A DNA stretch of 64,000 nucleotides from Obrimoposthia wandeli (taxonomy: Eukaryota): positions 124,001 through 188,000 of the forward strand of contig CDROCS010000953.1 of assembly GCA_977020255.1 (NCBI GenBank). The letters are read 5' to 3'. Under the pieces are notes generated by a model that was not told the DNA's origin, made no database searches, and saw only the letters and a list, made by a program, of their open reading frames with translations. Position numbers and translations under genes: made by a program. Positions 1-12,245 of this stretch are shown here, in pieces. Numbering within the stretch: position 1 is the first letter of the stretch; every line of letters begins with the position of its first letter.

Positions 1-395
1 TATTTTACTGCTAAACCTGCTCAAATGTAAAAATGTTAGTCGTAAAGAAATTTTTATACTTCGTAAATATTTTTGTCGATACCTGCGAGTCTACACATAT
101 GTTTAATTGTCAGTAGGTACTGAAGTTATATGGTAGCCTTCAGTTGATAGTGAATCGTGCTGAACTATCAGTCGCCACTGATAAATTGGATTCTCGCTTG
201 TAATCGACTTAACTTTTCCTTGTAACTCGTCAAATAAGCCATTACATTCCTATTCATTTTTCAAGTGTTAACTGAACAACTTGAAGGTCGTATATTTTTT
301 GCACTTTAGAAAATTACGATTTGATTCTGTTTTAAATTTATAATAAAAAAAAAAATTTCAGATCAGTTACATATGTTGGGAAAATCTTAAATATA

Positions 396-3392
396 TGTTG
401 GGAAAATATTATAGCTATTTATTTTAAAAAAATAAAAATATAAATATATATATAAAAAATTTAAAAAAATAAAAAGTAAAAAAGAATTAATTAACTAAAG
501 AATTAATTAAGAACTTTCCTTAATTAGGGAAAAGTTCTATTTAGAAAATATGCACTTTGGCATTTTAATCTCAAGATAAATCAATCTCCGACGGGAAAAA
601 AGTCCGTTTCGCCCTGCCAGGCTCATCAGGGAGATGGCTTGTTATCTCTGACTTCGCGGTGGATTCCGCGAAGCCAGAGATAACAATAATAAAAAGCCAG
701 GGAAAAGAGGGAAAGATTCCCCCTTTCATGTGCCGACGAATATCGTCGACATATGATGTAGGTGTGCGCAAGTGCACATTTCAATACACACACTCACACA
801 GCAGACATCACTCAACTCATTCACTCTCACTACTCACTCTTACTACTCACTCAATCGCTCACTAAATCACTTATTCACCCACTCTCCCTACTCACTCACT
901 CCCCTATCCATTGTGCACATGTGTGTGAGTATGGGACAATAATAATTTAATAATTCTCTCTGCCAGATTTCTTACCGTGGTCTGAACAGCTGGTGTGTGT
1001 GCTGTTTTGGACTGGGCAACAGGCAGAGATTCTGCACAGGGGACTAGTCCAGTGTGTGTGTCCCCACAGCCGCAGCTGTCTCCCTCATTGCATATTGCGG
1101 TGTTTGTGTGCGCGGATGTGCCAATCTCGCGGTTCCTGCCGTCTCTCTATCTTATTTGACCGGTCCAACAATGTGACAATCTCTAGCGGTTGCTGTTTTC
1201 TTCTGCCCGCGTTGTATCAGTTGCTACCGACATTTGTGATTGCTATTGTTGGGGTTTCTATATGAAACTCTGTTCTAATATAGATCCTCTTTAGTGGAGG
1301 GCCCCAACGTGAGTTCTATAGAAGCAGGTCTTAGGGATGGTTGTGGCCTACTTAATGTTATGCTTGCCTGTCTCAATTTTTATCTGAAGGTTTTTTGTTG
1401 TGTCTTAATCTGAAGGGTTTAGAACGATGCTTTCTAGTTGTAGGAAATCGTTTATTTATTAACACACTAGACTAACACGAATCAAGTACGTATTTCTAAA
1501 AAGTTACAATAAAATTCCTAAGACTTCTGTAAGTCTCTACACAAGTGGGGATGATCCACGTATCGATTTTAATTTTAGGGTTGAAGGTTTAAAAAGTCTT
1601 TCTAGTATTTGGTGATTGCACAAAATCAAAACTTGCTCTAATTTATGTAAAAAAAAATTTCTAGTAAATTAACGATTACAAACTTGCTCTAAAACTTGCT
1701 CTAATTTATAGAGGCTTTCAATTCAAATTATATGATATCAAATTTTACGATACCAAATTTATATATTTATCAAATTGTACGATATCCAATTTATAAATTA
1801 CGGCTCAAAACTTTCAAAATCGACTTCCAAATTGCTATTTTAATCAAGTTATAAATTCTCCAAAATCGGCTTCACAATTACTTATTTAAAATCACGTTCT
1901 ACTTTTATTTCCGCGCTTGTTCCTTACCTGGCGTCCGGTCTATATTGGCCTCCTCAGATGTCGGTCGAATCCTTTACTCGGTACCCTTGACGTGCTGTGA
2001 TCGCACTGTACGGTTCTCGCTCTGGGTGATTCTGACGGTCTCTCCTCGCTTTTAGTTGTACTTCTTCTTTGTTTTCGCTTTTTGCTTCTCTTGATCTGGT
2101 TGCTCGGAATCTATCGCCGAGTTTTTCTTTAACAAATTGTCGCTCTTGATTGGGGTGCTCGGAATCTATCGCCGAGACTTACTTTAACAAATTGTCGCTC
2201 TTGATTTGGGTACTCGGAATCTATCGCCGAGACTTTCCTTAACAAATTTCCGCTCGGATTTAATCACGAGTCTTTCTGATTCCAACTTTCGGCAAAATAA
2301 TAACTGCTACTGCTAAATTTAATAATAATTTAGACTTATATAGTCTAAATTTCTCGTGGTGTGTCGCTGTCACTCGAATTTCCTTCCTTCTCTTCTTACG
2401 GTCCTGCAAGGCAATGATTAATCGATCTGATTACTAATCGACACTCACCCCACGAAACAGCTGTTGCTTCTATTTTCTTGTGTGTGTCTGCTAAATTCCA
2501 CTCTCGACCGAGATAAGCGACTGTGTGTCCGCGAGCAATAATCCTCTTGTCGGCTGGTGATTCACGATGGGCAGAGATTTCTGACAGTTGACCTTAATTG
2601 TGTGATGAATAATTCAATCAATTTCTAATATCACCTTACTTCCTGGGTGACTCACGATGATTCACTGTTGCTGCTGCGTCGCGAGATTTCTGACGTTTGA
2701 CCTTAATTCTTGTTGAATAATTCAGTCAATTGCTAATATTACCTTAATTCTTGTTCTTCTTCTATTTCTTAATTAATTTTTTGGTCCTTTTTAATTTAAC
2801 TTTAACTTCCTTATATACAACACATTGAACATGACCTTTCAAGGTCCTAAATATTTAATTTGCCTTTTACTCTCATCGATTTATTTTAACAATATAATTT
2901 TTTATTTAATTTATAACCTTACTTTCACGGATTTTATTTTGATATAAATTAGATTAATTATTTAAAATATATCAAATCCTAATCCTAACACTATAAATAG
3001 CAACCATGGAACAAATTATAGACACAAATAAATCAGAAATTGGAATTGTCAAATAAATCAGAAATTGGAATTGTCAAGTAAATCAGAAATTGGAATTGTC
3101 AAATTGAAACTTTATATATTTTGCACAAATATTATTATTGTTAAAGTAAATCAGAAATTGGAATTGTCAAATTGAAACTTTATATATTTTGCACAAATAT
3201 TATTATTGTTAAAGCAAATCAGAAATTGGAATTGTCAAATTGAAACTTTATATATTTTGCACAAATATTATTATTGTTAAAACAGATCAGAAATCAGAAA
3301 TTATCCTGTTGAAACTATAAATATTGAATAACCAAAATGTTTATGATTGAAATCTGAAATAAATATTATTTGTTGCTGTGGTCTTATTAACA
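396..3392 (+). repeat. 5' LTR of family A element (~1.25 kb), interrupted by a solo LTR at 1247..2990
   Basis: 396..1246 plus 2995..3392 aligns with the 3' LTR 15496..16733 and is nearly identical from ~625 onward. Confidence 0.95.
1247..2990. mobile_element. Solo LTR of a second family (B), inserted in the 5' LTR
   Basis: TGTTGGGG...CCTAACA termini, TSD CTAT (1243-1246 and 2991-2994); absent from the 3' LTR; internal ~50-bp tandem repeats. Confidence 0.92.
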
Positions 3393-3393
3393 T

Positions 3394-3407
3394 TGGTAAG
3401 CCCGACC
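3394..3407 (+). promoter_or_regulatory. Primer-binding-site-like sequence TGGTAAGCCCGACC
   Basis: Starts with TGG one base after the 5' LTR end; loosely resembles a tRNA-Trp-type PBS (TGGTGACCCCGAC); cognate tRNA not verified. Confidence 0.7.
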
Positions 3408-3464
3408 AAGGAACACGGTTAGTACTTAATTTTTCTTACTAATTTATTTCATATTTTATCTTAC

Positions 3465-3903
3465 ATAGTATCTTGTATTTTTGGACTATTTTGTCTTATA
3501 ATTAACTAGAATTTATAAACCTTAATTGTATTGTACTATAGTATCTTGTATTTTTGGACTATTTTGTCTTATAATTAACTAGAATTTATAAACCTTAATT
3601 GTATTGTACTATAGTATCTTGTATTTTTGGACTATTTTGTCTTATAATTAACTAGAATTTATAAACCCTAATTGTATTGTACTATAGTATCTTGTATTTT
3701 TGGACTATTTTGTCTTATAATTAACTAGAATTTATAAACCCTAATTGTATTGTACTATAGTATCTTGTATTTTTTGGACTATTTTGTCTTATATTTTAAC
3801 TAGAATTTATAAACCCTAATTGTATTGTACTATAGTATCTTGTACTTTTGGACTATTTTGTCTTATAGAACTTATAATTTACTAGAATTTATAAACCCTA
3901 ATT
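3465..3903 (+). repeat. 73-bp tandem array (~6 copies) in the element's 5' leader
   Basis: Unit ATAGTATCTTGTATTTTTGGAC... recurs at 3465, 3538, 3611, 3684, 3757 and 3832. Confidence 0.95.
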
Positions 3904-5187
3904 TTGTTCCAAAGTAAATATATAGATAATTTGGAGCATAATTTGTATCCTTCGTTTAATTTGATTTTAGTGAATATATTTAAAAAAATATATATATATA
4001 ATAATAGTTTTATTAAACATCTGTTTCATTTTGAGTAGCATTTTAATTTAACTGATAAATTTAGTTTTGAAAGGTTTTTCTTTTGTTTATATAAAACAAA
4101 TTTTGTTTATTTCAGGGGAAGTTATAGTATTTAGCACTTTGTTAATTTTTAAAACAGAAAGTATATTTTCTGTATTATATTTAAAATATATAGTGTTTTC
4201 ATACAATATTATACAATAAGTGTAGAATATAGTATAGGATTGGATATAGAAGACTGATTTTTCTAAGAATATTTAAAATTCTCGAATAAAATACGTTAGA
4301 CTAAATACTTTATTGAGTCCGATAGCAAATAAGTACTGTGAAGGAAAGTTGAAAATAACTTTAAGAAGGAGTTAATTGGTGCGTGAAATAGCTTAGAGGT
4401 AAAATTAACAAATTTTCATAGTTTTTTTTAAAGCAATAGTTTTTGATTCAAAATTATCCTGTGTTTGACTAAAATATATTAAATAATTTACCTTAACATA
4501 ATTTAAATTACTAAATTTACAATATTAGTTTTTTAAAAAAAAAAAATAATAATAATAAAAAAATTGCGATAGCAGATTTGACTTAAGGATATATATTGAT
4601 AGGTTAGAAATTTTTCTATTACTTTGGTTGGAATTACAGCTCAAATCACGGTAATCGATTATCATAAGGCCGAGCTGTATTTTGATCACAGAGCAGAGAT
4701 AATTCCTGACTGTTTTTAAAAATTCATTTATTTAAATAAAAAATTTTATTTAATCGTTTTCAATAAAACTAGACAACAATATATAAACACATAAATTAAT
4801 TTTCGACCCAGTACGCAGGATAATAGTGAACAATACACAAAGATTTCAAAATCTAAACGTAGTGCTAATCTTCACTGGAGACGCATTCAAACTAGATTAG
4901 TAAGAACTAACACAAGTGAAACACTACCACAGAGACCTAAATCCCAGATAAATTTTAGAACAAATAACGAATTTTTCCCTGAAACTCCGTTAGTTCACCA
5001 ACACACGGATCGCTTAATTTCAACCGACTCTGAAAACCAAAACCTAACATCAAATTCGGATACAGAAAGTTTATCCTTACCACAAACATCTGACTCAGAC
5101 AACTCGTCAGAAACATCAGAAACAGTGGCAGAACCAGTACCACCTAACATAGAAATAAATAACGAACAAATAAACGAAGTACCTCAA

Positions 5188-6642
5188 ATGGCAAATCATA
5201 GATTAAACATACCACTAGACGCATTTAATGGCGATAAATCATCTTTACCAGAATTCTTGAATAGATATGATTCTTTTGCTCAAGCATTCGAATGAACAGA
5301 CCTAGAAAAACTTAGAGTTTTTCCAGCATACCTAAAAGGCACTGCCCTAACCATTTATAGAGGACTAACAAATCTGCAAAAAGACACATGGGAACACTTA
5401 GTCCAACATTTCCAAAATATGGTTTTAGGAGCACAGGTCGACCAGAACTACTTAAATCAATTTAGACAACGAGAGCAACATGTAGGAGAACCCACAAATA
5501 TATTCGCAGTCGAATTACGACGACTTGCATTAAAATCTTTTCTCGAAATAGAAGAAGCACAAAGAGAACGATTACTTTTACATCAATTTTTACATGGATT
5601 AAATAACAAAATTAGAGATCACCCTGCATTACTAGAAGTAGAAAACTTTCAACAGGCTATAGGAAAAGCTCAGCTAGTAGAAGCAAGACTGAATATGATA
5701 CAGCAAACCGAAGTTTCAGCATTATCTTTTGAAAAAATAGAACGACCACAAACGCCACCAAACTACAACCAATCTAGGAATTTTAACCAAGATACTCAAT
5801 ATAATTTTCAAAATCCTCAACAATTTAGACCACCAATAAATAATTTTTATAGAAACCAGACAAATAGAAATTTTGCAAACTCACAATTTACACAAAGATC
5901 TTTTCAAAAATGCACAAATTGTGGACTCCAAAATCATACAATAGAAAATTGTCGAAAATTAAGTAACATAAAATTTTGCAGATTTTGCAAAAAAGACAAT
6001 CACACAATTGAAATTTGTAGAAAATTAATAAATAGACAGAGTAATAATACACTACCAAGGAATAATAACTTCAATAAACCAAACAATTTTGACAATAATC
6101 AAAATAGATATTTTAATAACGATACAAAATTTTGTAAGATTTGTAATATGAAAAATCACAACACCGATGACTGTGGAAAATTAAACACAATGATGAATCA
6201 ATTTGGAAACACAACAATAAAACAGCAACCACAAGTTCAAAAAACAGTACAATTCAGTACTCAAGATCGACAATATACCCCAAAAAACCCTATTCACACT
6301 ATAGAAAATACAGAAACAACTCCAAACACAGACGAATTAGCATTGTTAAAATTACGACTTAAAGAAATGGATAATCGCTACAGAGAAATACACCAACAAT
6401 GCCATAACAGTGAACCACAAACAGATAGAACAAACTTACAATCCGAATTTGGAGACATGTTTAGAGATGGTTGTTTGACATTACAAAAAAATAAATATAC
6501 AATCACAAAAACAAACCAAACTACTCAAACACAAGAAAAGAAAGTAAAACACAAGAAAAAACGTAAAACACTAAAAAATCTGAAAACTAAAATTTTTAAA
6601 AATACAAATAATCTTAATAAAATGATGAAAAAATTATGGAAA
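5188..6642 (+). pseudogene. gag: Gag (capsid-like region plus three CX2CX4HX4C zinc knuckles)
   Basis: Frame open from 4795, ATG at 5188; retrotransposon-gag-like helix pattern (EFLNRY...QAFE*TDLEKLRVFPAYLKGTA) with TGA at 5293 where Trp would fit; knuckles at 5911, 5977 and 6133. Confidence 0.88.
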
Positions 6643-8510
6643 ATTATTCATATAATATTAATAATATTTCTAATTATGAACATGATAAAACCAATTAATG
6701 CTTTAGAAGCATATGATTGTTCAAAATATAAAATTCAAAATAAATATTCTTTAATGGATTTACAGCAATGTGCAGACGCTGACCCAAATGAGGTAAAAAC
6801 CCAAAATACTAAGTTGTATCAAGTATATCAGGAAACAGATTTCATATATGAAGAAGTTTTCGAATGTAGATAACATGTAGAGACATTTATAACATATTGT
6901 GGACAACATAGTCACAATTCAATAGTAAAACCAGCATTAGGAAAAACACCAATAATAGTTGACGCTTTAAATTGTAAAGATGCTTTCGCAACAGGAGAAT
7001 TGAGAATAGATAGAGAAATTAAAGTCCGAGCGGCGAAAAATAAAATAATTCAACAAATGATATCAGTTGTAGGTACGAATTAATCTGATGGAGAATGTAC
7101 AACAGGAACTTATGTCGTAATGGGAGTTAAGCAAAGTGGTTTAGTAGTTATTAAAAATTTTGATGTCGAACTAAGAACTTTCAAAGCAACATTCGACCCT
7201 TCCACAAACACAATGGTAACAATGCCATTTTGTGAAGCAAACATAGGTCACTGTAACACAGGTTCTTCAATACTTTACTACAAAATAAAAATGGATCAAT
7301 GTAAATTAATACATTTAAAATCAGAAACTTTTCAAATAATTCAAGGAAAAAGATTTAGAGATGATCCGGAACTAGATCAACAAATTCCAAAGGACATACG
7401 CAAAAAATATAGAACTAGAAAAATACGAAAAACACCAACTCCAACTATATTAATGTCTATTGAACAAGGTTCAGGAATGCGATTTATTAAAAAGAAAGAG
7501 GAATCCCGATGTGGACACTCTGTTTATACAACTAATTATAAAGGAATATATTTAAGTAATGAAAAAATACATAATGCAAAAACGACACCAACTAAATTTG
7601 ATATTAAAAATTATGATTATTTTAACAATAAATTAGATTATTTTTATCACAAAGGACTAATGACAATAGAAGCAATATATAGAGAAACCATAATGAATGA
7701 TTGTAAATTAAATCAGGAAATATTAAAAAAGAAATTGGCAATTATTGCTACTTACCCAGAATTAATAACACCATTATTACCATTAGCTGACGGTACTTTT
7801 GGAAGAGTAATGGGAGAAGTGTTATACACTTATCAATGTAAAAAAGTAATAGTTAACATAAGAAATCACCAAAAATGTACAAAAGAATTACCAATTTCTT
7901 ACAAAAATAATTCATTATTTGTAGAACCAATCACTAGAATCATACTTTTTAACACATTTAGCATTAAAGAAATAAACTGCTCAAACATAATGGCACCTCA
8001 TTATCAAATTTCAAAAGATATTTGGATTTCACTTCCAAGAAGAGATATTGTCGCAGAACCACAAAAATTACAATTAACCACTCTCAGCAACGACATCAAT
8101 ATACAATCAGATAACGAATTAAACACAAAAGGAATTTATATACAGGAAGATATAGATAAGTTAAGAAAATAAATTTTATTTCCACAAATAAGATCCAGAA
8201 TTTTAACACAAATCATAGAAAGATCAGTACCTGACGGAATTAGCCGTCCCGATTACGATTTATTACTTTCTCCAAATCATTTTATAAAAGCCACTAAAAA
8301 CACTATGTCAAAAATATGGGGAAAATTTTTAATTTTTGGACAAGCATTTTCTGGATTAGTTGGAATATATGCTCTATTAATTTGCTTTAAGATTCTTCTA
8401 AGTCAAATTTTATCAACATATTATATTTATAAAGTTGGAGGATTAACATGGAAATTAATCTTAGGATGTTTCCCATTTTTGGCAAAATTCCTTATTTTTA
8501 ATCATCATCA
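6643..8510 (+). pseudogene. Chuvirus-like fusion glycoprotein (env) with internal signal peptide, in frame between Gag and protease
   Basis: Signal-like IIHIILIIFLIMNMIKPINA|LEAYDC; motifs AYDC, YCG-HS, DGEC, YFNNKLDY, DC-L...P, GEV--YQC--V-V-IR, C--ELPI, EP-TRI, GIY--ED---LR--ILFP and W-KF--FG--SG-VG-Y match the chuvirus-type G pattern as I recognise it; TAA stops at 6871, 7081 and 8170 do not change the frame. Confidence 0.8.
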
Positions 8511-8689
8511 AAACATAGTAAACACATTATCAAATGAAATGCGAGAAACAAATATACAAAAAATTACAAGTACCAAAGGAACAGAAAAAACGGAATCTTC
8601 ACAATATCCTGATTTAGAAAAATATATAGATAAAACAACTATACAAAAACCATCTGCACCAACAATATATACAATAAATCAAAAAGATA

Positions 8690-11600
8690 ACGACAAACGA
8701 CCATATGTAAAAGTAGAAATTAACGAATATAAACTTAAAGCTTTAATTGACACAGGATCAAGCGTAACAGTTTTAGACGAATCTTTCTTAAAAACACAAC
8801 AAAAATTACTTCTTCTTAAGGAAAATAGTCAAGTCACAGCAGCAAACGGTCAACCCGTAAATATAATAGGAAAATTAGACTGTCTTTTTAAAATAGGAAA
8901 TAAATTCATAAAAATACCTACAAGAATAATGAAAAATTGTCCTTGCCAAATGATCATAGGAATAGATACATTAAAAAAATTAGGAAATAATTTCCACTTT
9001 GATTTTGAAAAAAATCAAATAAAAGACATTTACAGACCTAACGCCAAAGATGAATACGAGTTAGAAATAAAAGGAGATATCATTCTCCAACCAAGAACAG
9101 AAACAATGTTACAACTAGAAACTAACATAATCACGGAAAAAGATGTATTATTTGAGCCTTATAAATATCAACAAGAAACCTTGAACTACGTTTTGCCAAA
9201 TATAATTTGTAAAATAAAGAACAACACAATACCAATCAGAATCCTAAATGCAGACATTAATGAAATTCATCTCAAGGAAGGAGTACGTCTTGGGAAAATA
9301 AGTGTTATTGAAAATATTGAATTAATAGATAATGAAAAAATAGAAGATAAATCTACGATAAATTTTAACGATATCAAATTAAATGATTATGAAAAATCAA
9401 AACTTAAAACTTTAACAGAAAAATATGATGTAATATTTGCTAAAAATGAATACGATTTAGGTCGAACAAATTTGATAAAACATAATCTTCCGTTAACAAC
9501 AAACACAGCAATAAAACAACGACCCTACCGAATTCCATATGCCTACAGAGATGAGGCTCAAAGACAAATAAAAGGAATGTTAGAAAATGAAATTGTTAGA
9601 AGAAGTTTTTCTGCATGGACATCATCTGTTGTTTTAGTAAAAAAGAAAGATGGTTCTTTGAGATTTTGCGTAGACTACAGAAAACTAAACGAAGTCACTC
9701 ACAAAGATACTTATCCACTGCCAAGAATTGATGAAATATTAGACAAACTAAAAAATGCACAAGTATTTACAACTTTAGATTTACAGAGTGGATACTGGCA
9801 AATAGAAATTGAGGAGTCAGATAAATATAAAACAGCTTTCTCAACAGGAGAAGGATTGTATGAATTCAATGTCTTACCATTTGGATTAACCGGAGCTCCA
9901 GCAACATTTCAGAGATGTATGAGCCATATTTTAATGGATGCAGATCACGTAATGGTATATATCGACGACATTCTTATTTTTTCAAAAAATTTGAAGAACA
10001 TTTAAAAGATTTAGAAAACGTATTCTTAAGATTACAGGTAGCAGGATTAAAACTAAAACCAAAGAAATGTGAATGGATAAAAGATAAAGTAAATTACTTA
10101 GGACATGCTGTATCAGCAAAAGGAATACAACCAGACGAGAGTAATGTAGAAAAGATTAAAAATTTTCCAATCCCAAAAACAGTAAAAAATATACAGGAAT
10201 TTTTAGGGCTTGCAGGATATTATCGTAGATTTATTAGAAATTTCGCACAAATAGCAATACCATTAAATAAACTTATTAAAAAAGATGAAAAATTTGAATG
10301 GGAAAAAGAACAACAAGAATCTTATGAATATTTAAAACAAAAATTAATCGAAAAACCTATACTTAGATATCCTAATTTTAATAACTCATTTTTAGTTATG
10401 ACTGACGCCAGTGGTTATGCGTTAGGAGCAGTTTTAGGACAACAGGAAAATAACGAAAAAGATCATGTGATAGCATATGCGAGCAGAGGTCTTAAAAAAC
10501 ATGAAAAGAATTACTCAACGATAGAAAGAGAATGCCTAGCTATTTGCTTCGCAATGGAACATTTTAAACATTACTTATTAGGTCGAAAGGTTTATGTTTA
10601 CACAGATCAAAGACCATTACAATGGCTTTTAAATCATAAGGATACAACATCTAGATTAATGAGATGGGCATTGATTTTACAAAAATATGATATTGAAATA
10701 AAATATCGAAAAGGAAAATCTAACGCTAATGCAGATTGTCTATCACGAATAAGAGAAGAAATAAACGAAATAACTGCAAACGACATCGAATTAAATCTTT
10801 TTACAATAATTCAAGCTAAATATGATGAAAAAGTAATTACTAAACTTCAAAGCAAAGATAATGAAATTCAGCAAATAACTAAATACATTAGCACAAACGA
10901 AGTACCAACAGATGAAAAATTAAGAAAACATTTAAAAATTCACGAATCACGATACAAATATAGTAATGAAATATTATATTATTTAAATGACAAAAATCTA
11001 TATTCACTAGTTATTCCTAAAGAAATTCAGTGTCAATTACTTCTTCAATATCATAATGGAGCCCTAGGAGGACATTTATCATCAAAAAAGACACATTCAC
11101 GATTAAATTTAAAATACTATTGGATTGACATGAAAGAAGATGTAAAAAATTGGTGTAAAACATGTGAAATATGTCTTAAACGGAAAAATACTTTACGTAC
11201 CACAAAAATACCTTTAAAACCAATACCTTATCCATCAGCCCCCATGGAAACTGTTGCCATGGATGTAATGGGACCATTACCTGAAACACCCCGAGGAAAT
11301 CGATATATAATAGTATTTTCTGATTATTTTACAAGATGGCCAGATACTTTTCCAACACATGATCATAAGGCTGAAACCATCGCAAAGGTTTTAGTCGAAA
11401 AAATTATTTTTACTTTCGGTGCACCCCGAAAATTATTTACCGACAAAGGTCCTGAATTTATAAATAATGTATTAGCGTCAATAGCTGAAATTTTTCACAT
11501 AAAAAAGATCAATACAACACCATATCACCCTCAAACTGACGGGTTAGTAGAAAGATTTAATAGAACCCTCGAAGATATGATGGCATCATACACAAACAAC

Positions 11601-12130
11601 AACCAAACAGATTGGGATTTACACATACCTCCATGCCTTTTTGCATATAGAACATCAGTACATGCATCCACAGGAGAAACACCTTTTTATCTTATGTTCC
11701 TCAGAGATCCTCAAATGCCTAATGACCTAACATTACTACAACCTACTACACAATATTTAGAAATACCTGAATATAAAATAGAAATTAGAGAAAGAATAAA
11801 ACTAGCATTCGAAAAAGCTAAACTATTTGTAAAAAACATACAAGAAAATTACAAAGAATATAATGATAGAAGAACTAAGCCATCAAATATAAAAAGCGGA
11901 AGTAAAGTGATGATTCACAATCCACAAATTAATGTAGGATTGTCTCACAAATTATCAAAACCATACAAAGGACCATATACAGTCATTAGTACCAACGGAA
12001 CCAACATAACAGCTAAACTAGATAATGAACCAAAATCAAAAGAAATAAGAGCACATATAAACAGATGTCGAGAAATACCTGAGGAGAATACAAAAGTAAA
12101 AAGTCACAAATATAACTTAAGATCAACTAA
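8690..12130 (+). pseudogene. pol: Pol: aspartic protease, RT, RNase H, integrase with GPY/F module; 1-nt deletion frameshift near 9990
   Basis: LIDTGS at 8743-8760; YIDD at 9958-9969; TDASGYALGAVL, TDQRPL and NANADCLSR (RNase H); H-H-C-C finger, AMDVMG, TDKGPEF and ERFNRTL (integrase); KPYKGPY; FSKN/FEEHL is broken by one missing T. Confidence 0.95.
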
Positions 12131-12245
12131 TGATAATACAGTTCTACAAATGTTGACAATAAAAAACTCACAAAAACAAAATAAAACTATTTTGAGTCAT
12201 CAAACCAGAAATACAATAAAAATATCAATAAAAGAAATTGGTAAA

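Noticed and set aside
571-1265. Short ORFs repeated at 15665..16372
   Set aside because: They lie inside the LTRs, overlap on both strands and are low-complexity; the duplication reflects LTR identity
3465-3903. CRISPR-like appearance of regular repeats (also 30290..31340)
   Set aside because: Head-to-tail units with no unique spacers, in a eukaryotic context
6871-8172. Reassigned genetic code or programmed TAA read-through in the glycoprotein
   Set aside because: The element's own ORFs end in TAA, a TGA also interrupts Gag, and frameshifts are present; ordinary decay is simpler, though not formally excluded
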